From assembly GCA_051294375.1 (NCBI GenBank), contig CM119264.1, positions 16,837,245-16,901,244 on the forward strand: a DNA stretch of 64,000 nt, read 5' to 3'. Under the pieces are notes generated by a model. That model did not search any database. It had not been told where the DNA came from and worked only from the letters and a program-made list of their open reading frames with translations. Shown piece after piece: positions 23,843-40,253 of this stretch; position 1 is the stretch's first letter, and each line of letters begins with the position of its first letter. The position numbers and the translations under genes were made by a program. This DNA is from Paraspadella gotoi (Eukaryota; Animalia; Chaetognatha).

Positions 23843-26797
23843 TCACTGTGAAAACTCGATGTCGACAATTTCCCAATTTCCGTCGCCAATGAGTCTCAAT
23901 TCACGCTTATGAAATTTTCTCAAAGTGGTTCGGTGGCCGACGCTCAGGAACGTCGTCCCTCTGTTCTGGCAGAGACGGTAAAGATGTTCCTCGGTTTCCT
24001 CGTCCATAGATGATGTCGCCTCGTCTACGATGGCGAACAACGGATTGTGGTAGAGAACTCGAGCGAAACCAAGCTTTTGTTTTTCGCCTGTAATGAGAAG
24101 AGCGACGAGGGATTATCATCTAATTGTGGTACTTTGTAAAATTAGGCGCGAGCAATCGCGACAGCTAATTAAAGCAAACATTTAATACAATAACCTCTAG
24201 AAAGGGTAGCCGTCCAAGAGCCATTCCGGGATTGACTCCTCAAATGATCCAGGCCGGCCGACTTCAGTGCTTCCACGGCTTTTTCCTCGTCAATTCTTTC
24301 TACAGACGATGGAATTCTCAGTTCCGAGATAAGGCTAGAGGCGGCGGGATCGTCGAGGATGTAAGGCGACTGAGGGAGGACGACGACGTAGCGTGGGTTT
24401 CGAAAATTCAAAGGCCATTTGAGCGCTGAATAATCCTGATAATGAAGAAAAAGGATTTGAAAGACGGAGGCGGGAACTAGTAACCACGAAGCTTTCAATC
24501 AAGCTAGACATCTTAGGCTTAGTTTAGCCAATCTCCGAGAGACCACATCAATGAAGTAATTTAGTTTTTTAAAACTGTGATATAAGGACCAAACTTATAC
24601 AGTCAGACATCACCAGCACCAAAATACAAGGGGCTGACCAAGTTTTAGTAGATCAGTACTTACCCCGATGTGAGGCCAAAGCCCGAATAAGGATCGCAAC
24701 AGTGAGCTTTTGCCGACTCCGCTCGGACCACTGACGAGAATATCGCATCCTTTCGTAGCAAAAACAAAATGTTTAATAATCGTTTAAAGATGATAGCGCC
24801 GTCAATTATCCAGTTACTACCTTTGGAAAGTTCAAAATCGAGATCTTTGACTAAGAATGATCGTCCTCCCGCTACCCCGATTCCGTTCGTGTTGGCAGAC
24901 TTGTCTGCGTCGGCAGGGATATCGCAAGAGAACTTCCTGAGGACGAAAGCGACCTCAAAAAGATCACCTCCCGGTATAGGGTAAACCACTGTCTGGGAAT
25001 CGACCACGCTATGGTGGAGCCGAGCAGAATCCTCGAGGAAATCGGATCCGACTTCTAATTTGACGAGATGGTCGGTAGAGGAAAAGGCGTCTTCGTTGTC
25101 CTTTTCCTCATCGTCCTGAAAACGTTCCGGCTCGAGAGCGAGAACTTCCAATAGTTGAGCGACGCGGTGAGCGTTGCCAGCCGCGTAAGAGATCTTGGAA
25201 GCGATATCAACCAGTGAGCTGTGAAACCCAGAAAGCGATTTAAAAAGCGTTTAAATAAAAGTTTAATACGTGAAATAAACGATTCCGTCCTTTACCTGAA
25301 CGACGACAGCAGCATAATACAAACGAATCCGTTTTTGCTAATCACTTCTGTGAGTTCTGGTCCCGTCATATCTTTATAATGTCCGTTAAAGATCGGAATG
25401 GATATCACTAAATAGCTGGGTATTAAAATAAAAATGATACTTATCAGGTCCGATTCTCGTAATGGTAATCGAGAGAAAGAATTTTCACTTCTTTTGCTTC
25501 TTTAAAACTCAACACGTCTTCCTTTTTTTTCACTTTGGATTTTATAATTTATTTAATTAATTCATTTTTATTTTATAAGATTTGGCTTATATATATGTAA
25601 TTATGTATGCTTACCTTAGAATAGCGCCGACGTAGTCGAATGTGTTAGAGGAAAAGTTAAGTCCAAACTGCCAAAGGAAGAGACGACGTTGTATGCGGAG
25701 AAGATTGAGAAAACTGGCGTCGGTTTTGCGGCGCTCCTCTACTCCAGCCCGGTAGAAAGCCATGCTCTCTGACTGAAGAGAAGCGAAGACGAATCACGTC
25801 GGTTATTTATCAAAGTAAAAAATAAATGAAAAATGAACTAGGACGCCTTTGCTGAGAATATTTAGAAAACTGCTAGCAATGAACAAATTGGTGAAGAGAT
25901 AAAACACCCCCCGTCAACTACCTGAGTCCTAGTGTTCATGTGCGCAAATCTAAAATGCCCTTCGCCCTTCTCTTGAAGAAAGACCCAATTTACGACGCGA
26001 GACATAAGTCCTTGATTGACGGCCGTACTGACGACGAAAAAGAAATATATAGACAACGGGCCGTACCAATCGGAGCTCGAATATGCTTGGTATGAATAAT
26101 AACCTAGAAATAAAGATACAAGTTTCGGCGATGTCATTTAAAGGAAAAACTAGTTTTCTTAGATTTTATACCGATCTTAAAGGGAGAGAGCAGCAAATCT
26201 GTCACAATTTCAGTGGCGCTGCTGCAGAATCTTTCGACATCCTGCGTCATTCTTTGATCGGGGTTGTCTACAGTCGATAGGTGATTGATGCGGAAAAATG
26301 TTACATCCTAAGATTACAATTATAAATTAATCAGCAACATGGAGATTGTAAAACGACTCACCAGTCACCTACTCGATAATAAAATTCGTGTAAAACTGCC
26401 ACCAAATTTTTTCGCCACAGCAGCCCGAGTATTTTCGCCACGAAATCTCTGGCGCTCTTGATAGCGGCCGTAGCAAGAACAGTCAAGATCGCGACCCAAG
26501 CCAATTTGGCGAAGGCAATTCGGTTTCCTTCGACGAGGACTCTATAGAATTTGCTCGACAAGAGTCCAGTAAAATATCCGGACACCTTGAACATTAAAGA
26601 GAATATAATTATAATAATATAATAATTTCGAAACAATTCTCCGACTAAAGTTGTTACCTAACCTCATAACCGACGGCGAAACTTAACAGAAGCAGAAAAA
26701 CGATTATGGCGGACGGAGCTCGGGTTGGCATCGTCAAGCGCAACAGTCTCGCTAACCGTCTTAAGAGCAGCGCATTGAGAACAAATTTAGTTTCCAT
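23843..26797 (-). CDS. ABCD4: ABC transporter subfamily D, ABCD4-like (lysosomal cobalamin exporter)
   Basis: DNPDQR motif (~26255), EG.FRF.H motif, Walker A GPSGVGKSSLLR, signature LSRGEKQK, Walker B IVDEATSSMD, SVGHR; short N-terminus METKFVLN... resembling ABCD4. Confidence 0.85.
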
Positions 26798-27906
26798 TTT
26801 TTGGGTTCGGTTTAAACTACAAACTTAATAAATAAGGATATTTTTATTATACCGAACTGGGCATGATGTCCACGTGGCTTTCATCTAGCTAGCCGATTTT
26901 TCCCAATTTGGGACCTTTTGCTAATTTCGATAACAAAGTCAACATGATTATTGAAAAATTTCGATGTTATGAAGGTTGCAGAGTTAAACGTTTGGACTAG
27001 AACTGTTAAAAGTAAAAAAACTTTATTATCTGTGGTTATCATCTAATTAAGCCTAACTAAGATTTCAAAGGCCATTTAACGGATATCATCGACAATAGCG
27101 GTAGCCGACCAAATTCAAATTTTAATGGGAACAGCTGTTAAACTAATCCATTATTGGTATTAATTATTGTGGTGAAATATTTTTTTGCAAAAATGTTCCG
27201 AACCATGAGTAATTCGCGAATTAATATTATTATATTGCTATATAATGTCAAAAATTTTTTTTAATTGATTCTGATAGAGCTTAAAAAGTTAAGCAAAAAA
27301 TATAATTACAACTTTTAAAATTTGATGTTTTATTACTAAAAATTAGTAAAAACTGTTAAAATCATCGGATGATAATGATGATGAATTTTTTAAGGTTTTT
27401 CTCAATTTAAACCCACTTATCATCAAAAATTTGGAAAAAGAATTATACTTTGTGTAGATAACTTTTCATAAGCTATTTGAATCTGCTTTTAAAAATAAAA
27501 AATTACAAAAAATTTTTTTGACATTTCCTATCTATAAATAAATATTAAAAAATTAATTACTAATGCTTCTTGCCATTTTAGAAAATTTTGCTCCATTGAA
27601 AGTTTTCTCAGAAATGTATGAAGTTTCATTTGGAAAGGTTCCCAAATCAAACTTCTGACCCACCCCATTGACGAAGTTTGGCTCTATCGACAATTATTTT
27701 AATGAAAGAAATTAAGATCGGCCAAACCCAGAGTTGAAAAGAAATTAGACAGACTAAGAAAGATTTCATTTCTTATATTTCTTACTTTTAAAACAATTTA
27801 GAAACATTTAACAGTACAAATTAAAAAGTAAATGAAACCGGTTCTTTTGTGAAAAGTAAATTAGAAAAAGCCAAAGAACGCCGCCGTCTTCTCTCCGTTC
27901 TTCCAC

Positions 27907-28187
<281 letters not shown>

Positions 28188-28272
28188 TTAACTTATCTTT
28201 TCAAATCTGAAAATTCAACAAGACAACTTATAAAATAAGAGCAAACAAACCTCCCGTTTAATTCGTTAAAGT

Positions 28273-31200
28273 TCAGACAGCAGTCTTGCGTTTGCTTTTC
28301 AGTTTTTTCCTCTTTCCAATAATTGATTCTTCAAGAACAGGCTCCGAATTGTCCTCTCTTTTCCTTTTCAAAGGCGCAGAAATCAAAACTTCAGGTTGTT
28401 TATTCTTGCTTTTCTTCGCATTCGATAACCCCTGATTAAGACCCCAGAAGGTGCCGACGAGATGCAAAGCCATTGATGCCGCCTTATTCAATTTAGGGGC
28501 CAACGGAATCAACGCTGCCAACTGAAGTTTTCGCTTCTCCGTGACTAATGTCTTCATAACCCTTCCACGAGACTTGTGCATCTGCGTGACAACGGAGAGA
28601 AAGGCTGCAACGGCGGAGGAATCGACGCCGGTCGCCGTCGCCTTGGCCGCTTCCTGCTCCAAATTCGAAAGGCAACAATCAAGAAGGCGGCCGAACATAC
28701 TTTCTAGCTCTCCGTCCGCGTCGTTGCTCTGTTTGCGGACGTAAAGGTTGAGAAGTCGATTAAAGAGAGCGACGAGCTGCTTGCGGCAGAAAGATGTAGT
28801 TTCGGCGTCCAAAACTAGGTCGGCCAGACGAGAAACGGCGCCGGCATCGACGATCTCGAGTTGGAAGCGATCGACGAAAGACTTAAAGGGAACGAAGTGT
28901 TCGTGTTTGAGGCTTTTCATCTTTACCACGTCCTCCAGATAAGAGAGGTAGGTTTCCACAACGGCCGACAAATTGTTTCGAACGGACGCTAGAAGAACCT
29001 TGACGAGAACGGCGCAGAGGTTGGGGACTTGGGAAAGCGGCGACGGATACTTCGCGTTGTCCTTTAGGATACTTTTAAGGAGGTCCACTCCATCTTTGTA
29101 CATAGAGGACTCCAGTGTCGGTGAGCCATGACGGAATTGGCTCACCTCTTTGATTATGCTCCTGATCTTGTGTTCCATCTCGGGTTTCGACACGAGCGAC
29201 GAACCTGTTTTTCTCCGGGTAGAGGCCTTAAAAATACGTAAAATGCATTTAGTTAAATATTTTAAATTAGATTAAATTCAAGATATTCATTACCTCGATT
29301 TGAACGATGGCTTTAAAGAGGTCCAGGAACAGCTCTCCTGGGAGACAGGGAGAAATGAGAGCAGGAACCAGATCTAGAGTGCGAAGACGAAACTTGATCT
29401 TGGATTCTTCCATCGATCTTTGTTGTTTGGCCTCCAATTTCTTAGTCCGCGCAGCCGCTTTTTTCGTTTCAATCTCCTGTCGTCATGTTCGGTTAAATTA
29501 GCTTAAAAATGTCAACTATTTCTGCTAGTATTTATAACTAGTATCAAATTTGACTGGTATCGAAATAACTCGCCTTAAAAACCGAGGCTATTTTTTCTTC
29601 GAATTCAAACATGGCGTCGTCGTCGACCTCTGATTCGTCGTCACTATCATTGCTTTCGACGAAGTCAATTTTCTTCGGCGCTGCCTTTCCCATTGCCGTC
29701 GCCAATTTCAGCTTCATTACCGCAAAATCGTCCTCCGTCGCATCTGGTTGATCCTCGTCATCGGCGTCATCATCTTCGTCATCTTCGTCGTCGTCATCAT
29801 CATTTTCGTTTTCATTCTGTTCGTTAACTTTTTCTCCCTCGCCTTCTTCGTCTTCCTCATCTGACTCTGAGGCTTCTTCTTCCATGACTTCGAAAAGATT
29901 TTCACCATCGGATTTTCCGGAAATGGCGTCAGTTATGACTCGTAGCGTATTTCGCGTGAAATACGGTAAAAGTAGAGGAAGTAGGACAGTGACGAGTCTG
30001 ACATTCAATGAATGTAAGAATATTTATTTAGGACTGATACTAATAAAATAATCCAATCTTCCGAGATTAACTTACTTCCTATATTTCACGCTTTCTCTAA
30101 GCAAAAAAGAGAGCAGCAGTTCCGTCATAACATCGACCCAGGGAATGTTAGAGTCGACCTGCTTAGAATCCGAGTCCTCTACCGACATACGAAGACCGCA
30201 GGCCCGAATGGCACAAATCTTAAGATCCGGCAGGGTTTCTCGGACTATATCCGAGTCAGTGAGCGACTGAAAAAGAGAAGTCAATGACAGAAAACATTTG
30301 ACAAAAATACCCGGCCTGACATAAGAAAATACCTGGAAACCCAAGACAAGGTAAAGTTTTTGAAAGACGTCGAGGACGGGAGAATCTTGTCCTTCGGGAA
30401 GCAAAGCCTTTTGCTTCTCAACGAGGTTCGCCAAAGCCATCGCTTGCGACCAGATTGTCGCGTTCTCGGAAGAGACTCGAGTCACGAAGGTTGAATTGTC
30501 AGCTATGAGGACATCAGCGAAGCGCCTGAAGACCATAACAAAAAGACAACTTTCAGTTAAATTGTCTCGGTTCCTCCCAACCAGAAAAAAGACTCGCCTG
30601 AATTCAAGGACGGCTTCGATGTTACCGTCTTTAGAGAGAATTTTTTTTAACAACGCGTTAAAAACAAACTCGCCAATCTTGTAGCCCTCGCTGTCTTCGA
30701 TAGGGGGCGCGGCGTGACTCAAAAACTCGTCGACGCCCGGCGCCAGGGCTGTGAGCTTCGTGCTCCGTCCGGAATCGGATGAAATGGTAAAGTGGGCAAA
30801 GAGAAAAAGTATCTGCAGAGCTTCCATTTCCCACAGCGAATTCGAGTTGCGATGAAGGCACGTCTGAATCTGTAAACAAAAACGGCAATGTTTGACTGGA
30901 AGATAGAACGAGAAGAGCGCAAGTTACGCATAGCACGGATATTAAGGGTTAATGATAAAAAAAATATGTAGATTAAAAGTGTACGGCTCCGACTGCCGGT
31001 CGGGGGTATTTAGACGACCGCCTTCCAGCGTCAGATCAGACTTTATTCTTTCCCTCCATTTTCACTCGAACGAAAAGCTGATTCGTCGAGCGGTAAGCGA
31101 AAGAGGGAATTAAGTAAACGTTGTAGGTTTGCGAAAAACAAAGCACCTACTTGCTGCAAAATCCATAAAAAACGTTTTTTATTGTCCTTGTGCCCTTCAC

Positions 31201-32657
31201 AGTTGAGGATTCGTAATAGCTCTTTTCGCAAAAGCCCCCATGTGCGTTGCAACAGAGACTGAGGAACAGCATGCAATAAGCGGCTGACGATAGCGGCCAT
31301 GCGGCCTCCGGAAGCATCTGAAGCCACGCTTTCCTGAATAACGATAAGTAATACACGTATAACAAAATACATATATAAAGTGCCAAGCGTTCGTTTGGTC
31401 TTGTCATCATAGAAAAATAAAAACAGGATTTATTAAAAACACAGTTTCTTTACCTGCTTCACAAAAGCCTCAATTATGGTTATTTTTAGCTCCTTGTTTC
31501 CTTCGTCAGCTGCGACGATATTACAGAGGGCATCTGTAACGTCTTTAGCCAGTTTACGGGAAGAATCTTTTTTGGATGATTGGTGGCACTTTGACAAAGC
31601 GTCTAAACCGCGAAATTGGAGAATATGCTTCGCCTAGTAGCGAGGGAGGACAGAAGGAAATCAGGAATGGCAATCGACCGCTTCGCGAGAAGAATTAACT
31701 CATACATACCAAGTCCGGAGATAAATCAGTCAGTAGAAAAACCTCCAAGAAACGAAGAAGAAGGCAACTTTTCTCTTTTCCTGGACAAAGTTCCTTGCAG
31801 AGCAAATCACTCCAGAACCTTTCAAGACATCCAGATGTTCCACGGGCGAGTTGGATAAATGTTAGGACGAGTTCTTTTGCCTGGTCGCGGTGATCCTTTA
31901 TCGTCATTTCCATAGCGGCTTTTTTGAAAGACTCGCGTACAAAGTCGGAACCAAAGAAGTCCGGTGCCGACAAATCAAACTTCAAATTGAGATCGGCTTT
32001 GAGTCGTTTCTTCGTAGCAACAGGATACTTCGCAGCGCAACTAAAAAGTAGGACCAACGCTTCGACGTCCGGCGCGGAACCTTTTTGTAGCATTTCAAAA
32101 ATAGGTCGAAGGGAAGGCCAAAATCGTTCTTTGAAGGACGAGGCCGTCGAGATGTTCTCTACGAAGAATCTCAAAGATTGCGTCGCAGATTTAGAAACTG
32201 TTCTGTCTAAGCGGCGCAGCTTCGTTAGATCTCCGAGTATTCTTTCGACGAGTTCATCGTCTTTGCCGATGCGGCCGCTTCTAATCAAAGCAGTCCATCC
32301 CGCGACTCGCCCAAGCGCCGGCTGGCGTTTCTCGCGAGCGACGCCGGTAATTTCGATTTCGGATTCGATTTTTTCGATGACGTCATCGGTAGTTAAACTC
32401 GAATAGTTTTTAAGGAAGACTGTGAGTGCGGCGGCGAAGGCCGTACGAACTTGGGGTCGGTCCGAGGCGAGACCAGCTACAAGTCGTTTCAGGGCATAGA
32501 CGGCTTCCTTCGGCGTTTGGGACGACTCGATCAGTTTGGCCAAAACTGCCTGGCGCACCTTAGCATCCTCGTGGGCGACAAGCCAAAACAAATCTATGTT
32601 TTCACTTGACAGCGGGGTCTGATTGTTTGATTCAGTGGAAGCTTCTTTGTTTGTCAT
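28273..32657 (-). CDS. MYBBP1A: Myb-binding protein 1A / Pol5-like nucleolar protein
   Basis: N-terminal YALKRLVAGLAS.R..VR..FA.ALT motif, PWVDVMTELLLSFL, long acidic tract with DDDAMF..E..IA..F, basic C-terminus. Confidence 0.88.
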
Positions 32658-32763
32658 TTTTTGCTTCTTAGTAAAGAAGGGAGATGGAAAAATCCTCTTT
32701 TTTTTAAGAACTAAGGAAACAAATCCGATAACAGACTAATAACGAAAAAGCCAGCCGATTTGG

Positions 32764-33768
<1,005 letters not shown>

Positions 33769-34022
33769 TTTTACAAAAGTTTTTCTTAGATTAACTACAA
33801 GGAAAAAGAGTCGTTCAATAAAGTAATTAATTCTCACAACATAAAAAGAGAAAACCTGTTAACGGTTAAGCAAGAAATTATCCAAAATACAAAAAAATTT
33901 TTTCTCGTCCTGAAGAGCTAAGAAAAATTCCTATTTTAAAATCTGGTTGCAATACAAAAAGCTTCAAAATAAATTCGGAAGCATTTCTTTTTCTTCCTTA
34001 ACGCAGCTTTGACGAAACAGTC

Positions 34023-34522
<500 letters not shown>

Positions 34523-34718
34523 TTTGATGCTTTTACAATAGAGCAACCGTTACTGACTTATCTAAAAAAAAAAAAAGAACCGGAAATACTAAACATTTTT
34601 CATAAATGGCATAAATATAAAAACTTTAGCACTTTTATTAAGAGAATCACAGAAAAATTCGGTAACACTGTCCGTTTCTCTCTCTCTCTCCTCCTAGTCC
34701 TCCCAGATGTAAAGGACA

Positions 34719-37592
34719 CTACATTCGACTAATGGGTCGGATTCCGAGAATGTTGAAACCCTGGGTCATGACCGCCGCCGTAGCTTCACAGAGCAAAAGA
34801 CGATCCATGTTGATCTTGACAACCTGACCAGTCTCTCGATCCTTTTCAACACAATAACAACTATCGTAGAATTCCGTGAAGGCGGTAGAAAGTTCGTAGA
34901 GATAATCGCAAAGGCTGTGCATAAGCAGATCGTCCAATGTACGGAGAACAATTTCGGGAAAGCGCAAAACCACTTTCGCGAGTTTCCATTCCTAACGCCA
35001 AAAGGAACGACGAGAATTAAAAATAAAAACGATATATCTTAAAAACCTCTTTCAAAAATTACCTTGGGATGCGACAGCTCAAAATGCGTGGTTTTGCAAG
35101 CTTCGTCTAGCTCTTTCTGAGAGACTTTGGCCAATCTAGCTATGGACCGAATTCGAGTAAGGGCATAGAGGAGGTAGGCGGCGGTATTTCCCCGGTCATC
35201 AAGCATCTGTGGTTATGAAATTTAGTCAAAAATTATTTTTTTACAAAAATAAGTTTATGCATAGATTTTCAATGATATTGCCTTATCGAACGAGAATACA
35301 TAATCGTTGTTACGGTTGTGGCAGAGGTCGTTGTACTTAATGCAACCATAGGCGACTGATTTCATCGCTGCGTCCAACTCGTCTGGTGATAAAACTTTGT
35401 CTCGTTCGTTCTTGATTAACTTTTCCTTTGAACGCGCGACTCCTTCATCCAGAAGATCAACCAGACGAACCTTAATCAAATATTTTATAATCAAAAATCA
35501 GTCAAGAAAAAAAAAAGGGAAAAAAAAAAGGCCGTCCTACCGTTTCACCAGAACGAGTCTTAAACTTTTTCTTGTCTTCGCCGAGCACAACGCCGAAACC
35601 GGCGTGCTCCACCCTCGCCGAGCACTCGCGATACCAGCCGATGTGTTTTGCCGCGTCAAAGACCAAATCAAAGTGGAGACCTGAGAAAATCCGTTATGGG
35701 ATTTAACAAGTTCGGTGTAAAAAACCGCGCCAACTTCTACCCTGTCCCGCGTCAACGATGTAGATGAGCCAATCTGCTTTCTCCTCGAAGAGTCGTTGCT
35801 TGATCGCTGCCAAGTCGGAAGTGTCGTAGGTATACCCACCGTCGGATTTAACGATGGTCAGTGGGACGTCGTGACCAGGAACGAAGACAACCTAGAGAAC
35901 AAAAACGAAAAAGAGTTGAGCTCGCGAAATAAACCCTCAATGAAGAGAGAGCCGTGGCAAGACCTTCCGGCCTTCGTCGATGATAACCAAGCCTTTATCT
36001 TCGAATTCCTTCACGACAGCCGCCATTCGATCCTGATAAAACGATTCCCCTCGTTCGACTATGTTTATGTCGAGTCGCTCGTAAATACTATTAAATTCCA
36101 ACCGGGAAACGTCGCAGATCATTGTCCAGGCTAAAATAAAATTATATATATTATTATAAGGCAAAACACGTAATCTTCCATTTTCGTCAGAGAACTCGAT
36201 TTTGGAAAATTAACAAACTATTTGGTTAGTAGTTACCTTTGATGATATCTTCCTCTTTGTTTTGAAGACGAACGACGCAGCTGTAAGCCCTAGATTTGAA
36301 CTCCTCTTCGGAGTCAAATCTCGCTTTGCTCTCTTTGTAAAACTTTTGCAAATCACCGATGGGAGGCGAAACGGTCAAATAGTCCGGAAATTTGTCCTTA
36401 AAACAGATTAAAATCCATAATTATAAATACAAGTGTAATTGAATTTGATTCTGAGGTCCAATGGTCGTTTTTACTTTTAAATGAGCGATCAACATTCCAA
36501 ACTGGGTACCCCAATCGCCAATATGATTCAGTCTCAGAACCTGATAAAAGAAAAATAGCCATTAGATAAACCTACCTAATCGAATAAATTCCCACACATA
36601 TAGCTTACCGAGTGACCGACAAACTCGAGGAGTCGACACACTGCTTCGCCGATGATGGTCGAGCGAAGGTGGCCCACGTGCATTTCTTTGGCAATATTCG
36701 GCGAAGAGAAATCGACGACGGCGCGGCGTTTCCCGGAGGTGATCGGCGGCCGAACGCCCTTGACGAGAAGCTTGGTCAGCTTGTCGGCAACGAATTCGCG
36801 TTTAAGGCGAACGTTGACAAATCCAGGACCCGCCACTTCCAAAGATTCCGTGACATAGTTGTCGGGAATCTTGGCGAGAACGGCGGCCGCGACGTCTCGT
36901 GGATTTAGGTTGACCGACTGGTTCTTCAACTCTTTCGAGATTGACATAGCTGAAGAAAACGAGGTTAATGGTTTTTGAGTCGCTTTAAATTTGGGCGGAC
37001 ACAACTAATTCTAATATTAATTTTTCATAAGTAAGCATTTATAATAGTCTTCAGGGCGCAATGAACAAGACTCCTTTCAAGTTAACAATTAAGTCAACAC
37101 TGACGACACAAAACGACGTACCCGAATTAAACTGATAGTCTCCAAATTTTTCGTTAGTAATTGGAGTCACAGATGCAGAGATTTCCGGAGGTAAGGACGG
37201 AAATGCCTGCCTCATCGCCGAATTGAACATTCCGGTCAATAGATCAATGAAACTGATCATGAAGTCGCCACTGAAAATAACACAAAAATGATTTCGTTAC
37301 TAATGTTGGATACATTTATCGCCAATGCCGAAATAAATCTCACCGCCTAAAAGGCGCACCTTCGTTCCAATTCCAGCTCGGCTTCGAGATTTCGTTGAAG
37401 ATGTGAGATCTGGTACTCGAGCTTTGCGTTTCGACTCTTGATGGCGGACAATTCGCTATCCGTCTCGTCGTCGTTGGTCATCAGTCGACGCTTCATTTTA
37501 TCAACACGATCCGAGACGACGCCGATCTCGGACTCGATCGCTTTCGATCGCTTCAACAAATCTTGAAACTCTTTTGAATTAACTAAAGACAT
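34719..37592 (-). CDS. RARS1: Cytoplasmic arginyl-tRNA synthetase
   Basis: [73 protein letters not shown]; N-terminal leucine-zipper extension of the metazoan multisynthetase-complex form. Confidence 0.96.
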
Positions 37593-37717
37593 TTTCTGGA
37601 ATAGAGAAAAAAATAATGCAAAAAGTAAGACAACTAAATCATAAATTCCTTAAAAATATTTAAAGGCTAAACACTACAAGGTTATTTTAAGTACTAATAC
37701 GCCAACGGCAGTAAAAA

Positions 37718-38537
37718 TCATTTTGTGGACGTGGAAAGGAGAGCCAAAATTCCACCGGCGCCGCCAACGGAGATCAAATAGTTAATGTGAGGGGTAAAAG
37801 TCTTGAAAACAAAAAATGAAGCTACAATAAATAGAACAAGAAAAAGAGAATTGTTGTAGAGAATAGAAAAAGTCGTAGCTTCGTAGTCTGCTATCTCGTT
37901 TTTCTTCCAAAGGATCCTCTCATCCTAAAAAATTTGAATTCAATTTTAATTCAACTGGTAATTTTTTAATGAATCAGATTCTAAGAGCAAAACAGAATGC
38001 AATAATAACCATCTTTACCAGTGACCAGTTTTAGTAAGAACGATTTTCATAACTCATAAATAATATTGTGTACTATTATATATATATTATTATATATTGC
38101 CTACAAGATATAAATTCAAGAGGAAATACCTTTTCTTTTTTGGCCATTTTCTTATCATCGGCCAATTTCCGCAGCATAAATTTAGTGATGTCTTCTTCCC
38201 GTTTTATGGCCACGTGATGCTTCAGGACGTGCTTTGACTTTTTATAAGCAAAGGCAACGAGCCAAGCCGAAACGAAAGTCATAACCAGAAAGAAAGGCCA
38301 CGACTGACGAGGATCTAATTGATGGATTCGCCAATACAACCAGGCTAAAAAAAATAGAAATCGATATTATACTACAGTAATTTAATTATTAAATGATATT
38401 TTCTTACCTGGAATGGCAGAGATGATGAAAGCATTTCCATAAAAAAGAGCTGACGATTTGGTCGAAACGTTTTGACTGAAGTCTTGAAGGAGCATTTCCT
38501 CCTCCTTAGTGAAGTCCGAGCTTTTGTGTTTCACCAT
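37718..38537 (-). CDS. SSR3: Translocon-associated protein gamma (TRAP-gamma), 3 exons
   Basis: [32 protein letters not shown] / WLYWRIH...KRE..I / [34 protein letters not shown]. Confidence 0.96.
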
Positions 38538-38859
38538 TTTTTAAGAGATCTAAAAGACTATCATCCAGAGATCGACTATCATGATTGAAAAAAAAAATGT
38601 CACGAGTAGATTTGAACTTTCTTTAAATATCAAGCTTCAAACCATTACTTTTCCTACAACAAAACAAGAAACTGTAAAACGCCAAAATTTTGGGACTAAG
38701 ATCGCTAAAATTGCTTGTCCCTTCGCAAGGCTTTAGGATGCCAGCTCTTAATCACACAAACCTTATTTTATGCGTCGAAAGAAACAATAAAAACAAAGTC
38801 CGGAGTCCGCTTGATAAAAATGGCAGACTTGTCTTTTATCCAAGAATAAAAAAATCTCT

Positions 38860-40116
<1,257 letters not shown>

Positions 40117-40253
40117 ATTTATATTATGTGTGATTACGCTTATAAGCGAAAATTTAATAAATTGTTCTAATGGCAAATATGTATAATTTGTATAATCTAC
40201 AAAAAAAAAAAAAAAGCAAATAAGTTAATAATACCTACAAAATTCAATACTTT

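Noticed and set aside
24735-24825. Apparent non-canonical intron at the ABCD4 Walker A (ORF reads NWIIDG)
   Set aside because: A canonical solution exists: donor after TCC AAA G|gtagt and acceptor cgaaag|GA give LSKGCDILVSGPSGVGKS.
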